From Octopus vulgaris (Eukaryota): 64,000 nt of DNA. The DNA lies in assembly GCA_951406725.2 (NCBI GenBank), contig OX597821.1:39556001-39620000 (forward strand), in the 5' to 3' direction. Position 1 is the first letter of the stretch; each line of letters opens with the position of its first letter. Below, one piece after another: positions 1 through 12,652 of the stretch. Made by a program: the position numbers and the translations under genes. The notes below the pieces were generated by a model. That model was not told the origin of the DNA. It saw only the letters and a program-made list of their open reading frames with translations, and ran no database searches.

Positions 1-140
1 CACATGGTTGTGATGCATGTGCCTGGTGTACCCTTATCAGACAGGTAGTCAGGATGGGTGTATTGGGCTTTGTATAATTGTACCCCAGTGTCACTTTGAT
101 GGCATGAACTGCTCTCTCACTCAATAATAACAATAATAAG
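1..140 (+). mobile_element. 3' end of a SINE-like repeat with (AAT)n tail
   Basis: ...gtaccccagtgtcactttgatggcatgaactgctctctcactcaataataacaataataa: body ending in a simple-repeat tail. Family recognised from memory of cephalopod repeats. Confidence 0.5.
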
Positions 141-149
141 AAGAAGAAT

Positions 150-268
150 ATAAAATCTTGTGAGGTTTTACAATCCAAAGTGACTCTTGATGCCTGAAGA
201 CCAGACATTGCGGATGAAAGGAAAAAGCAAACTAAGATTTATTGCCATAGCTGTGAACTGGTGCTGGA
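150..268 (+). pseudogene. Decayed restriction-like endonuclease (RLE) fragment of an R4/Dong-type non-LTR retrotransposon
   Basis: Translates with stops as KIL*GFTIQSD..A*RPDI, matching the ILWDFxIQTD...ARRPDI motif. Confidence 0.5.
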
Positions 269-274
269 TATTTT

Positions 275-450
275 ATGTCCCCATAACTTAGCGCTTCAGC
301 AAAAGTGACTGATAGAATAAGTATAAGTCTTAAAAAAATAAAAAACAAGTACCAGGGTCGATTCAGAAGTTGGATAAAAATTCTACCAGGCAGTGCCCCA
401 GCATGGTCACAGTTTAATAACTGAAACAAATAAAAAGTAAGAGATAATAA
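275..450 (+). mobile_element. 3' fragment of tRNA-derived SINE family A
   Basis: gtccccataacttagcg...gatagaataagt...gcagtgccccagcatgg...ctgaaacaaataaaaag aligns to the 3' half of the copy at 17573-17988. Confidence 0.7.
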
Positions 451-1106
451 CAACAAAAAACTGATGAAAGAGAAACGAATGCAGCAAAGGAACCATTAAA
501 GACCAGAAAAGGTGAGGGGACATTTTGAATTTGTCCTTGTTGACCTTTGCTGTCAAAGCATCAACCAATTCCATCATCACTAAAAGCTACTTACCTGCAT
601 TTTCTGTGGCACCAACTACACCATCATTCCCAACACTACCATCACTCCTACTCGTATCAACTGCACCACCATTACAACAATACTATTGACACCATTAAGG
701 AATCAACTCTACCACATCACCTCAGTGCCATTTACCATGCTACTCCAGCCTGATATTTCAAATGTAATTGTTATTATATTTTATTAATTCTTCAGATGCT
801 GCTCTACATTATATAAATTTCTTGGTTTATTTTAATTTTTACTTCGTGTTCCATTGTTTATTGTAAGGAAAAGCAGAGAGAAAATCAGTTTCCTATGCTA
901 AGATGAATTAACAACAACACAAACTATATCTGTAGGCTAACACTAACAAAGAGTTTTAGATGCAAAAACGTATACATATATTAACACCTACAGTTTTGTT
1001 CTTCAAGACAAAAGTGAATTTGGAGGATTAAATTAGGATTTCAGCAAAGAATCCTATCTTGATAATTGCATTTCTCTAATTTCTGTTTTCAGGAAATTAC
1101 ATTTGC

Positions 1107-1206
1107 GTGTGTGTGTGTGTGATAAGTAGACATACATACATATACATTCACACACACACATACAAATATACATATATGTACAAACACACACATGTATGTA
1201 TACATA

Positions 1207-1254
<48 letters not shown>

Positions 1255-1270
1255 AATGTGTGTGTCTGAG
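1107..1270. repeat. Compound microsatellite (GT)n/(CA)n/(CT)n
   Basis: Directly visible dinucleotide runs. Confidence 0.95.
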
Positions 1271-1859
1271 TGAGTGAATACATACGTATATTTGTGTGTA
1301 GAATCAAATCTTTCTCTCCTGATCCACTTTCCATATCAACATTCTAAACCCATGTAAACCCAGTTCTATTATATTACAATCTGTGTTAATATTACTAATA
1401 GATTTCTTGTGTATGTCTGTCACATTTTCCCCATATTGTAAGCATCATTCTTTTTTACTGGCTGTGGTTGATAACAATGTTATTCATGGTTTTATTAGTC
1501 TCCCAGAGTTATTGTTTTTCTGTTTTATAGCTAATTATTTAAATTTCTGGCATGAATTATTGTTGTTATTTGATATTTCACGATTGTTAACCTCATATTT
1601 CCACGACTTCTACACTACATTTCAATCACTTTATACTCTGTGTTCAAGCATATCATTTATTTCTACTCATCAACATAGCTAGAGCATCGATTTTCTGGAA
1701 CTTTTGATCCCTAAGATTTTCTGGATCACTGATTTTCCCAAACCAAGGGTATTTACCCTCACTAGTACACTTCTCATTAAGAAAATATTACATTTACTTA
1801 AATAATTATATGAAATACAGGTACTTGTATATTGGTGTCAATTATAAGAGGTTCTTGCT

Positions 1860-2137
1860 CAATGGTTCTCAACCGGGGTTCATGTGACCATTGGTGGTGG
1901 TGGTAGTAGTGGTGGTTGGAGGGTCCGTGTGAAATTTTTGCATTAAAATTTAAGAATGATAAATTGCTTAAACTCCTATAATACTCCACCTATTTTAAAA
2001 CCATTTTTCAAATATAATTCCTAATAATAATTATAGAAATACAATTGGATTTTTAAATCATAGAACAGGTATGAAATCCACCCAAATAAAACAGTAATCA
2101 AGGGGGTCCATAGGTAAAAATTAGTTGGAAACCAGTT
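1860..2137. mobile_element. hAT-like MITE, decayed
   Basis: Ends caatggttctcaac ... gttggaaaccagtt resemble CAGTGGTTCTCAAC-type hAT TIRs, with subterminal ggggtcc motifs. No clean TSD. Confidence 0.55.
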
Positions 2138-3069
2138 CCAGATCATCAGTGTTCATAAAGTCTGTCTGATACCTGTGTATTCTTGGGTTGATTTTGAACT
2201 CAGAATCTTTATTTCTGACACAAATTTCAAATGTCCTTAACTGCTATATGACAGTCTGTGTATCATTGGTGAAGAAGAATTAAGAGTGTTGTTTAGGCTT
2301 TACATTACAAATAAACAATTTCAAAACAGAGAATTCAAATGAAGAAGAACAGAAGTTTAACATTTTGCAGAGAACACTTGCAAGAAATATTCGGCTTCGC
2401 TTCCCCTTCGTAGCTTAAAACATTGTCCTCTGAACAGATTTTCTGCTTTTTTTTTCTTTTTGCATTTGCAGTTTAATGATGCAGACAATCAGTAGAAATA
2501 GAGCAGATGAAGACAATCAAAGAATAAACTCACCAAAATGTGATGTTGAAATAGAAAACTTTAAATATATGGTTAATAATAACCTAGAAATGTTAAACTA
2601 TTTCTAATTATTCTTTTAATTATTGATTGCTTGTAGGGTCACGGTTTTTCATTTTGCAACCGTAAAAGACTACCAATTATATTAAAGGTTTACAAGTCAA
2701 CGTTGTGTCATACTTTTTGCACTAGCAGTGTGACAGCCTTGTTTTGAAGTTTTTCTCCATGGATTTTCTATAGAATTCAGAGCCTGTCCTGTAAATGATA
2801 ACGTTTCCTATCAGAACACATCTATGTAAACAATGTAACCAAGACCATAAAATCTAGGTAAGAATCTAGTAAACTGTCTGCCATATTATGTAATTTCAAA
2901 TAATGGTCGAAATGACCTCATTCAGCACAGACAAATATTGATGCTATCATTTTATTTGCCCTCTTTTTTAAAAACTGTGGCTTTATGCTTTCTTTTGCAC
3001 TCCAATAATCTACTTATTGTCTGGCTAATTTTTTCAACTTTTCATTATCAGAAATATCTATCAATGGGC

Positions 3070-3316
3070 AATTAGCCATATTGTAGCTGAGACCATCAGG
3101 ATAAATTGTTGTCATATTTCTGTTTCAGTGAATTTTGAAAGTAATGGAGAATTTAATAAAATAGCTTTGTTATTATTAAACTGATGTTTGGGATTTAGGA
3201 CATAAAATAACATGAAATTTTGATGGAAGGTTTAAATGTATATCACTTTCAAACAACAAGTTTGTATCAAAGAATCAGGAATGGTTTTAGACAGGTTCAT
3301 ATAAAAAAAGGGTAAA
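3070..3316 (+). mobile_element. Decayed relative of the piggyBac-type MITE at 24862-25081
   Basis: Shares gaattt.ataaaata.ctt...ggaaggttt.aat and ends aaaagggtaaa, similar to AAAGGG-TTAA. Confidence 0.5.
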
Positions 3317-4458
3317 CAAACAGTCATTGACTACTGTAGTTAAATGTTGCCCTATCGTTTATATCCCACCAAATTAAGCAACCATTCATAGCTTATCCAT
3401 TCCTTGGCAAAATGCAAACCACTAAACAAGTGTTATATAGGATGGTGACCAACACAAAATCCAGATACATTTTCAATTAGACAAGTCTGCATTTTACTTT
3501 CATGTCCCAACTGAAGCCATTTCACTTTAATTAAAGTGTTGCTGATGGCTTTGAACAAAACTACTTCAAATGTCAAAACTTTCCCTCTATAGAATTTTCA
3601 ACAATCATAGGAATGGATAAGAAAAAAAACAGATTCAATAATCAGTTTGCTGCCACTTGAGTTTAAATTTAAGTGTTCACTTTGTTTTATATCACATGAT
3701 GGTTGATAAAATAAATTATATATTGTGCTTGATCATATTAGCAGATAATATTAGCAGTTTTTTTAATAAAAACTAATTAGGGAAAATGATATCCACTGCA
3801 GCACACTGGATGTGAAGTTAAAACTAGCAAAGATAAGCTTGAGTGACTATGAAAATGTTCTGATTCCACTTATTGGTTGACTGATTAATATTAAGAAGGG
3901 GATCTTGTTGATTAGGGTATAGAACTGATTATCAATAAGAAAGGGGGCCTTGCAGGTTAGCTGTAGGGACTGTATCAAAGGGATTAGAGCTAGGAATGTT
4001 ATGAAAGTTGGGCGGTGCACAGTATCAAGAATGGCATCAAGGTAGTTAGCATTAGGATGGAAGGTTATCAAAGTGTCAAACTAATTATCCACCATAAAGC
4101 CTTTTCATCCATGCTACTTAAGAGATATAAATGTTTCATAAAACAAATATTAATTTGTACAAAGATTTGTATTAATAGGATATAAATTACTGTTGTTGTT
4201 GTTAAATCAACCAAGTTTGTGTAGAACTATGATCAAAGACATTCCAGCCATAGCCATCTCTTCAGACATTTGCAAAATTGTATAATGAAATACTATCTTT
4301 GATTTTAAAAGACAGTAGAGTATGATTTGAAGAAAGTTTGGCTACTTCTTGTTGCAAAAGAATGGTACTGGATAAAGATTTATAATGTACAATATAAAAT
4401 ATTCTGACATGTGTGTGTTATATAATAAATTATATACATAAAATATAACAGAGAGAGA

Positions 4459-5030
4459 GTAGTTGATCGCTTCTGTTACGTAGGTGGCTTAATTACCAGT
4501 GGCATAGGATACTCTGAAAGTGTAGTTGCTGCAATAAGAATGGGTTGGGGAAAGTTTAGGGAACTTTAGTTTTATCGGTAACAAAAGACTTCTCTCTCAG
4601 AGTGAACGGCAGATTGTATAATGTCTGAGTATGAACAGCAATGCTACATGGTTGTGAGATTTGGGTGTGAATGTAGAGTAGAGAAGTGAAGACTAGAGAG
4701 AAATGAAACTAACATGTTGTGATGGATGAGCAATGTCAGCGTGCATTCGTGACAAAGTACAAATGTGCAGAGGAAAAAATTGAACTTAAGAGGCCTCGGA
4801 ATTGTTATGAAGGGGAGAAGATTGAACTGGTACCGGGTCATGTGATGTGAATGGATAAGAACAGCTGTATAAAGAAGTGCTTATTGCTAAACATGGAAGG
4901 AACTTGTGAAAGACAGAGACCTAAGAAGATGTGGGATGAAGTGATGAAGATAGACCTCAAGATGTAGAACCTCTCAGAGGAGGTGACGAGGGAACTAAGA
5001 TGACTGGCAATATGTTGTGCTTGAGGTGAC
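4459..5030 (+). pseudogene. RTE-clade LINE reverse transcriptase C-terminal fragment
   Basis: Translates VVDRFCYVG...IRMGWGKFREL...SLRVNGRLY...AMLHGCEIW with stops and frameshifts, a typical RTE RT tail. Confidence 0.8.
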
Positions 5031-5414
5031 CTGTCCTGTCAATGGCATTTCAGGCTTTCCATCCATGACCACTCAGATGGCTATTCAGTCCTGCTACAGC
5101 TTGAAGCATAAGTGACAGATGAAAATTGTGACTTACTTTGTCCTCACAACTGGTTAGGTCTGCACATGTGACCGCTCTTCCTTCACCATAGGACTTCAAT
5201 AAATGGATCAACAAAGGATGTCTCCATAAAGATTCATCTGTGTATCTTTGGATTATTGTGATAAATGCTAGTACATAATAGTTACCACTCTTTGAGTCTC
5301 CATAATTTGTACCTAGTAACAGGCCAAAGTGAGATGACTGCTAATCACATGAAACTATATCCTTGTAGGAGAGGGACACAAACATATACCTGAATACACA
5401 CACATATCTACCTA

Positions 5415-5502
5415 TTTGTCTGTCTGTCTATCTAACTATCTATCTATCTATATATATATGTGTTGATGTGTGTGTGTGTGTGTGTGTGCATGTGTATATA
5501 TA

Positions 5503-5533
<31 letters not shown>

Positions 5534-5586
5534 GTGTGCATATATATGTGTGTGCGTATATATGTGTGTGTATATAAATATATATA

Positions 5587-5636
<50 letters not shown>

Positions 5637-5640
5637 CATA
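5415..5640. repeat. Compound microsatellite (TATC/TG/TA)
   Basis: Directly visible. Source of five spurious ORFs. Confidence 0.95.
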
Positions 5641-6390
5641 CAAGGTGTGATGAGTAAACGGTCACAGTTATATATTTTATATCTGTGTATGCACATTGTT
5701 TTTGATTTTGTCAAATACACAATATAATAGGGTCAGTTGGATACAGTCTGTGAGAAAAACAGCACCATGACACAATTCACTCTGCCAGAAATTTGGAAAC
5801 AACATGCTGTACTGCTTGGCATTCACACTGGAAGCTCCAATATGAACATTTCAGAGTGTTTGGGTGTCTATCTGAGGACATGTACTGAAAGTGATCACTA
5901 GTGATGGTGACATTATGCATCCATTCATCAGCCTCCGATTCAGCATAGAGGCCTACATCACGTGCCTGGAGGAGGTAGTGCTGCCCTGGGTCAAGAGGGT
6001 GGCTGCTGGAAGACCCTATGTCTGGCAACAGGACTCTGCACCATGCCACACAAGCAGGAGAACCCAGTCATGGATGTCAGACAATTTCTGCGACCACATC
6101 ACTCCTAACATCTGATCACGTAACTCCCCAGACTGCATCACCCTTGATTATTATGTATCAGGCATAGTTGAGCAAGAGACCAACAAAACTCCTTGTAATA
6201 CCAAAGATGAACTGAAGGCAAATATTATGGCAGCATTCACCAACTTAAACAAGGAGGCCATCTAGAAGAGTTGCAGGAGTTTCCGAAGCCGTCTGGGGGG
6301 TGTGGTTGAAGCAAATGGCAATTTTATTGAATAAATTTACTCTTTGGTATTTCAAGATTTTTTAATGTAATTTTGGTAAATATGTTATTA
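5641..6390 (+). mobile_element. Internally deleted DD37D (maT/mori-type) Tc1/mariner transposon
   Basis: ORF 5891-6115 has WQQDSAPCHTS and continues past a stop as I*SRNSPDCITLDYY. I count exactly 37 residues between the second and third catalytic Asp. Starts after TA; right TIR not seen. Confidence 0.85.
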
Positions 6391-6396
6391 CATTAA

Positions 6397-6449
<53 letters not shown>

Positions 6450-6451
6450 AT

Positions 6452-6592
6452 ATCATCATCATTTAATGTCCGCTTTCCATGCTAGCATGGGTTGGACGAT
6501 TTGACTGAGGTCTGGCGAACCAGACTCCAGTCTGATCTGGCAGAGTTTCTACAGCTGGATGCCCTTCCTAACGCCAACCACTCCGAGAGTGT

Positions 6593-6595
<3 letters not shown>
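6452..6595 (-). mobile_element. Repeat family B (RTE-type 3' end with (GAT)n tail)
   Basis: Reverse complement of ...gttggcgttaggaagggcatccagctgtagaaactctgcc...catgctagcatggaaagcggacattaaatgatgatg. Further copies near 8480-8675, 12860-12920, 18045-18190, 28620-28787 and 61915-62130. Confidence 0.8.
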
Positions 6596-6628
<33 letters not shown>

Positions 6629-9154
6629 TCTTACATATGTGTAGTGGTGGTGCACCAACATGGCCACCGCCTTAGGACCGAAATGTATAAAAGAATATAT
6701 AGTAATCTATAAACCTAGTATTTTGCACTATATAAACTTGTAGTGTCAGTGTTGGTAGTTACAGGCTTAAATCAAGTAAAAAATATCTAAATGATTTGAT
6801 ATCAAATGTTTTGGCAAAAATATATATATTTCAATATAAGTATTTTAAAGCAGTGAAATCATCAAAAATTATACAACCAAATTAACTGCATTACTCTACT
6901 TTTTCTTCCAGTGTTCAAACGCTAGAATTTAACCTTGATCTCCATTTTCCTTGATTTGATAAAATAAATATCACTAATTTGTGAAAGAAAAATTTTGTTG
7001 ACTATCTCCATCCTTCTAGAAAACTGATCTTGTAAGAAATTGCTAATGTTCTTCTTTAAAATTGTGATTGATGTTAATGTTATGGTAATTTTTGTTTGTG
7101 TTATTTCTGTTGCATTTGTTGCTGCCATTTATGAACAACTGCCATTATTAACTTTTCAGTCATAATACAGATACACATACTCAAAGAAATACTCACACGC
7201 ACACACACACACACATTCTAGTTCTATTATTTCTTTTCTTGGCAAAAAACCCCCCTCAAAACTTTCCAGCAAGATATTTGATATGAAAGAACTAAAATCA
7301 TTGAAAAATCTGTCTTAGTTTCACATTACTGAAAGGAAGTAAAAATCTAAACAAACAAAAACAAAAAATAGTTAAATCAAAGACAGTGTGAAATAAAATA
7401 AAATAAAATATAAAGAAGGAATTGGCACCGACCCACTGGCTGACAAATGACAAAGTGATTCTTTATTTCGTTTAGAATCCAAACATTCTTGTGTTTCTAA
7501 CAATACCGATTATTTTCAACTTGGCATTGGAAGAAACAAATAAACACTTCAACTGCTGTATTTTTCTTCAGTATTCAGTTCTTGAACAATTTTATTTTTT
7601 TATACAGCATAAGACTATGCCAAGTTGGCCTTTTCTTCAGGACATAGCTCCTTCCTGGTATAAATCATTTCTTGGAGAAGATTATAGTGTCTTCATTTTC
7701 TTAAAATTGTGCATCTTTGAAATGTTGTGCATTTTGATCTTCATACCGACAAAGCTGTTTATCTATCAGCTTATCCGTTGCTCACATCTTTTCTCTCTAC
7801 CTTTATAACACATACTCACACTTGTGCACACACACACACACATGTGCATAAACAGACACACACACACACACACACGTGAAAAACCGAATGCATGCATTCA
7901 TGTCAGCATCAATACCATTACCATAAAAAGTTTTGCACGTATTTTCCATTACTGGCATAGAATGAATGGAATTATTATACAACATATGATATCACACATG
8001 CCAATCTTTCATCATTTCTTCTTTGAGGCCCAAATTCTTCAGATCTGATCCAACCTTTTCCATTCATGTTTTTTTTTAAAATTTTTCCCTGTTTTTCTGT
8101 GTGGTCTGTACACACACACTGAGACTGATAGATAAATAAATATAAATATATTTATCTCCACTCCTCAACACACCACATTTGTTGTTCATTATATTCACCT
8201 CTCCACCCATTCCAATCTCTCCTTCTCCTATACACTCTTGTAGCCTCTACCCACTCCCACTTCTGTTCCCACTCACTTCCACTTACCTTGAAGACTTGCC
8301 CTGGCACCTCATCCCCAATACTTTTATCTCTTCCCAACTCAACCCTGATCATTCCAAAACTTCTCTACAATAAGGTCCCTGTTCTGCTCTATCCCTTTCT
8401 CTCAAACACTTCCTCTTATCTCCAAGCATAAAACAACCTCTCTTGGAATGAGCAGTCTTGCATGCTGCATGGTTACCTCACTACTGCTGTTGGCATGAAA
8501 AGAGTACCCAATACATGCTGTGAAGTGGTTGGCATTAGGCAGGGCATCCAGCTGTAGAGAGCTTGCCAAAGCAGACATTGGGACGTGTTGTTGATTTTGC
8601 ATGCATTGGATCCTGTCAAATTGCCCAGTCTATACTAGTATGGAAGATGGACATCAACTGGTGCTTGCTGCTGATGTATACAAATATGTATGTATATATT
8701 ATCAATATAATTGATAATGTGTGTGCTGTTGAATGATTCTAAGAGTGAGAAAGATCCCTTTAGAGATGTGTAGTGTTGGCAAACACAGTATATTAGAAAG
8801 GTATGTGAAACAAAACTGCCCTGGTGGTGAGTGATAACAACAAATATTGTTTTGCAGTTTGTGCTGCTCAGCAGTGCTCTATACACAGCCCACTTCTGAA
8901 ACAAAATCGAAATCACCAGCCAATAGTATATGCATTTATTGTGAAATCTAGATGCTTGCAAAGTATTGCACAAGTAGAATAAAATTCAAATATTGATTTA
9001 GATGCAACTCCATAGTGTGAACATCATCAATTTCACATAATGTCTGTCTGTTTCTGAACTCTGTTGCACATCAGCAAATAGAGAGAGTTTACACGAATTG
9101 TATGTAATTCTAGCTGGTGATTTTGATTTCATTTTGGATGTGGGATGAATATGA

Positions 9155-9436
9155 AACTGGCACACCATTGGTTATGATGTTGAGGGTTCCAGTTGATCTG
9201 ATCAACAGAACAGCCTGCTCATGAAATCAACTTGCAAGTGGTTGAACACTCCACAGACACTTACTCTTAATGTAGTTCTGAAGAAGGTGCAGTGTGACAC
9301 AGAATGTGACAAAGTTGACTCTTTGAATTTCTGAGACAACTCATGATTGAAGCAACAGAAAATAAAGTGTCTTGCACCTCAAGGAATTGAGCTCATGATC
9401 TTAAGATTATAAGCAGAATACCCAAACCACTAAGCC
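9155..9436 (-). mobile_element. tRNA-derived SINE family C, decayed
   Basis: Minus strand begins ggcttagtggtt...gagctcaattcc (Pol III A/B box-like), followed by gcaagacactttatt. Confidence 0.65.
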
Positions 9437-9532
9437 CCAAACTGCAAAATATCAATATCCGTCATTCTTGATCACTTCCAGGGTAGTTTCATTTTGCCTT
9501 TCTCTGAGGTGTTCTGTGTTTCTTTTAACAAC

Positions 9533-9702
9533 CTTGAGAAATTAAGCTTCTCAAAAACCAGGAAGGAGAAAGCTAACTTGAAGACTACAGATGCAATCCA
9601 TCACTGGAACAGTAAAAATCTGTAAAACTTTCCAGAAGTTTATCATTTAAATATATATGAACATGTCTACATATGCAACTATATGCATGAAAATACATAC
9701 AT
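9533..9702 (+). repeat. Local ~160-bp direct duplication, copy 1. Copy 2 is 10880-11039, continuing at 12653.
   Basis: ttgagaaattaagcttctcaaaaaccagg...gcatgaaaatacatacata aligns to 10880-11039. Confidence 0.9.
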
Positions 9703-10170
9703 ATGTATATATTTATGTGTGTGTGTGTGTGAGTATGTGTATCTCCTTCCATCAGGTGATTCTATTTTAGCTCTTGTGTTCTTGCAAATTATCATTACTA
9801 CTGCTATTATTTCTTGTCAGTCAAAGTAAAATGAATTTTCTTCATTGTACTTCAATTGGCAGAGTCAAAAGTTTATAAAATGTCTACAAATAGCCAGAGT
9901 ATTGATGAACTTTTAGCTGTAACTTTTCCAATGTTTCTTTGAATTGTTAAGATTTGTCCAATAGCAGACAAATTTTTTCTGAACCTATTTTCATTTCTTC
10001 ATAAAAATTCCTTGGATGCTGACTGTGGATCATTCAGCAACAATTTGTGGTAAAGTATTTTGTAATACATTTTAACCGAAAATATCATTAATCAAAATTA
10101 CAGGTTTCTGCTGCTCTGGCTGGCAAACCAAACCTGCTTTCTTTTGAATTATGTGATGTTTATATATATA

Positions 10171-10721
10171 CTAGCAGCTAAGCCCGGTTTCACCCGGTCT
10201 GTTTGGATGATGTGGCTGTGATCATTTTCGGTTAGGTATATGTGAATGAAAATTAAGTTCAGACCTCTACAATGTAGCTAGATCTGGTAAAAATAACAGC
10301 CAAATCTCCCTCAAAACACCCCCACTGTCTTAATCTGACAACTCTGCCTATTATGTAGTTTGAATGAGAAACTGTAACTAAAGATTAAGGTTATTAACCC
10401 CACAAAGAGGTGAAAGAGAGACAGCATAGCATGGCTGTCATCCTGTACTTACTTTGTTGCTAGCAAAATGGTATATGCCGGCTGTGTGAGCAACTGGTTG
10501 TTTTAATGGTAGAATAAACAGGGAATTCCATTAGCAAAGTTTTAATCAATTTTCTCGGTAAGTATGGGGGGGGGGCGAGAAAACAAACAAACCGCATTCC
10601 AATCTATGCACCCATCTCCACATATGTGCCATTTTTAATGCGAATCCACCAAGCCGTTTGGCTGTGAACCTCAAGACAAGAAAGAATACAATGATCGCCC
10701 ATGTTCAATTTATATTATAGA
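10171..10721 (-). mobile_element. Non-autonomous Helitron
   Basis: Minus strand: A|TCTATAATATAA 5' end, 3' hairpin CCGGgtgaaaCCGG, then CTAG|T. Inserted between A and T without a TSD. Confidence 0.85.
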
Positions 10722-11039
10722 TAATATACATGATTATTTGTATGAGCTTTGGTGGGGGTACACACACACACTTGCAGGCATATATACAATCTTTAGTTAC
10801 TCTATCCAGATTACAAGTTCAGGTTTATACCTGTAATTATTGGGGCCCTGGGATATGTAACACTGCTTAAATACCAATATTGAGAAAATTAGGCTTCTCA
10901 AAACCAGAAAGGAGAAAACTAATTTGAAGACTACAGATCTAATCTATCACTGGAACTGTAAAATTCTGTAAAACTTTCCGGAAGTTTATCATTTGAATAT
11001 ATATGAGCATGTCTAGATATGTAACTATATGCATGAGAA

Positions 11040-12652
11040 TCTCTCTATATATAAACCAGAGAATGTGTCTGTCTGTGTGTTTCCCTAAAACTTGAGAACT
11101 ACACAACCAATTTCATTCAAATTTTACACATGCCTTACTTAGGGTCCATGTAGTTACATGGGCAAAAAAATTTTCAACTTCTTGCCTAAAGTGAGCCCAT
11201 AGCAATATCATATCTTCTCCACTATTTCAGTATTACGTGTTAAAAGTGAAACAGAAACATTTCTCTATTTTATGTCAGATACTTTCACTTTAACAATAAA
11301 AATTAGAGATAATAATAGCAATTGAATTATATGTAGTAAGTAATAATTAAAATCAAACTAAAGTATAATATAATAATTAAATCATAACATAACAAAAGTA
11401 AAAATAGCAATTGGTATAAAATTGCATCAATGACTTGAACTTGAATAAGTGGTTTCACTTGAATGGGAATAAATTAAAAATAAAATTAGTGTACAGAAAT
11501 GGAATAGTCCAGATGGAGCTGTGCACATACTCTTTACCACGGCTTTTACATTAGATTATCTGCTAATTAGCTAGCATTAAGTATCTATATGAAGTTTGGC
11601 TGTATGTAATGTCAAACAGCCGCTTCTACTGAGTACTGCTGTTGGTTTATTTCTAATACATAAAGGACTATAGCTTCAACTGCGTACTGCTTTTTGATTC
11701 ACCGTAAGGTTTGTTGTTATTATTATTATTACTGTTTAACTATTGTTATCACGTTTATTGGTTCCTCGAAAGGGAAACGTTGTTGTGTTGCATTTGTTAA
11801 ATAATTGTAAACCGTAACCCCCCCTTCCTTTGGGAGAATGAACTTTGGTTATTGTTTAAAAATTGAATTGTGTCCCTGTTTGGGGAAATTGACAATATTT
11901 TCACCATTTATATGGATGCATTTTTGTTAAAATGCCTTCAATAGAAGAAAGTCCAAAAATGAATTTCGCTGCAGCCGTTGGCGGGTGTGAACTCATTAAA
12001 ATAAAAATGGAAGAAATACAAATCTATTTTGGATTGATCACTGACAAAGATGGTGAATCTAGGATAACACCACCAAATGAAATAAAAAATTAAATTAAAG
12101 AAAAGACTATTGTCTATAAAGTATACAATGTAGAGAAAAAAAAGATTTGAACACCTGGAGGAAAGCACCATCGAAAAGTGTCTTGGTGCGACTATGAAAG
12201 ATATCATGTATCTAACCAGAGGCAGTAAGTTCGCCACAATAGAAGCAAGGTTCGAGTCAACGGAGCGGGCAAGGGAGTACCTGACCCGAACCTTGCAAAG
12301 TGGAAATATTTTATTTTTACCTTTATATCTGGGACGTAGGACGGCTCAGATAAAAATTTTAAATGTCCCCCCCTAGAAATAGGGGTAGGCTGGATTGTAG
12401 CCACACTTCTATACAAGTGGGAGGACAAGATACAATTGATCGAAATTGCGAGACGGGCCTACAATTCAAGTCTGTTATATATTTTGAGTATTGTTATCAC
12501 TAGCGATATCATGATATAACTTTGTATTTTGTATTTTATGTGTAGATGTATATATATATATGTATATACATGTAATATGTACACATATATATATATACAC
12601 ATATATACATGCACTAGCACTATGACCCGGCAACGACAGGTCATAATGCTAG
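11040..12652 (+). mobile_element. Non-autonomous Helitron (1.6 kb) carrying a LINE ORF1-like fragment
   Basis: 5' A|TCTCTCTATATATAAA and 3' hairpin tatgacc..ggtcata followed by CTAG|T. Flanks gcatgagaa|tacatacata match the empty paralogous site at 9685-9703. Confidence 0.9.
12140..12460 (+). pseudogene. L1/Tx1-like ORF1 fragment inside the Helitron
   Basis: ORF 12194-12376 (...FLPLYLGRRTAQIKILNVPP) resembles non-LTR ORF1 RRM-region sequence. GC-richer than its flanks. Confidence 0.45.

Noticed and set aside
3847-4071. Possible Penelope RT remnant (FYTLINKIP...SQPIS)
   Set aside because: Similarity to FYxLPKIHK...RPIVS is too weak to call without a search.
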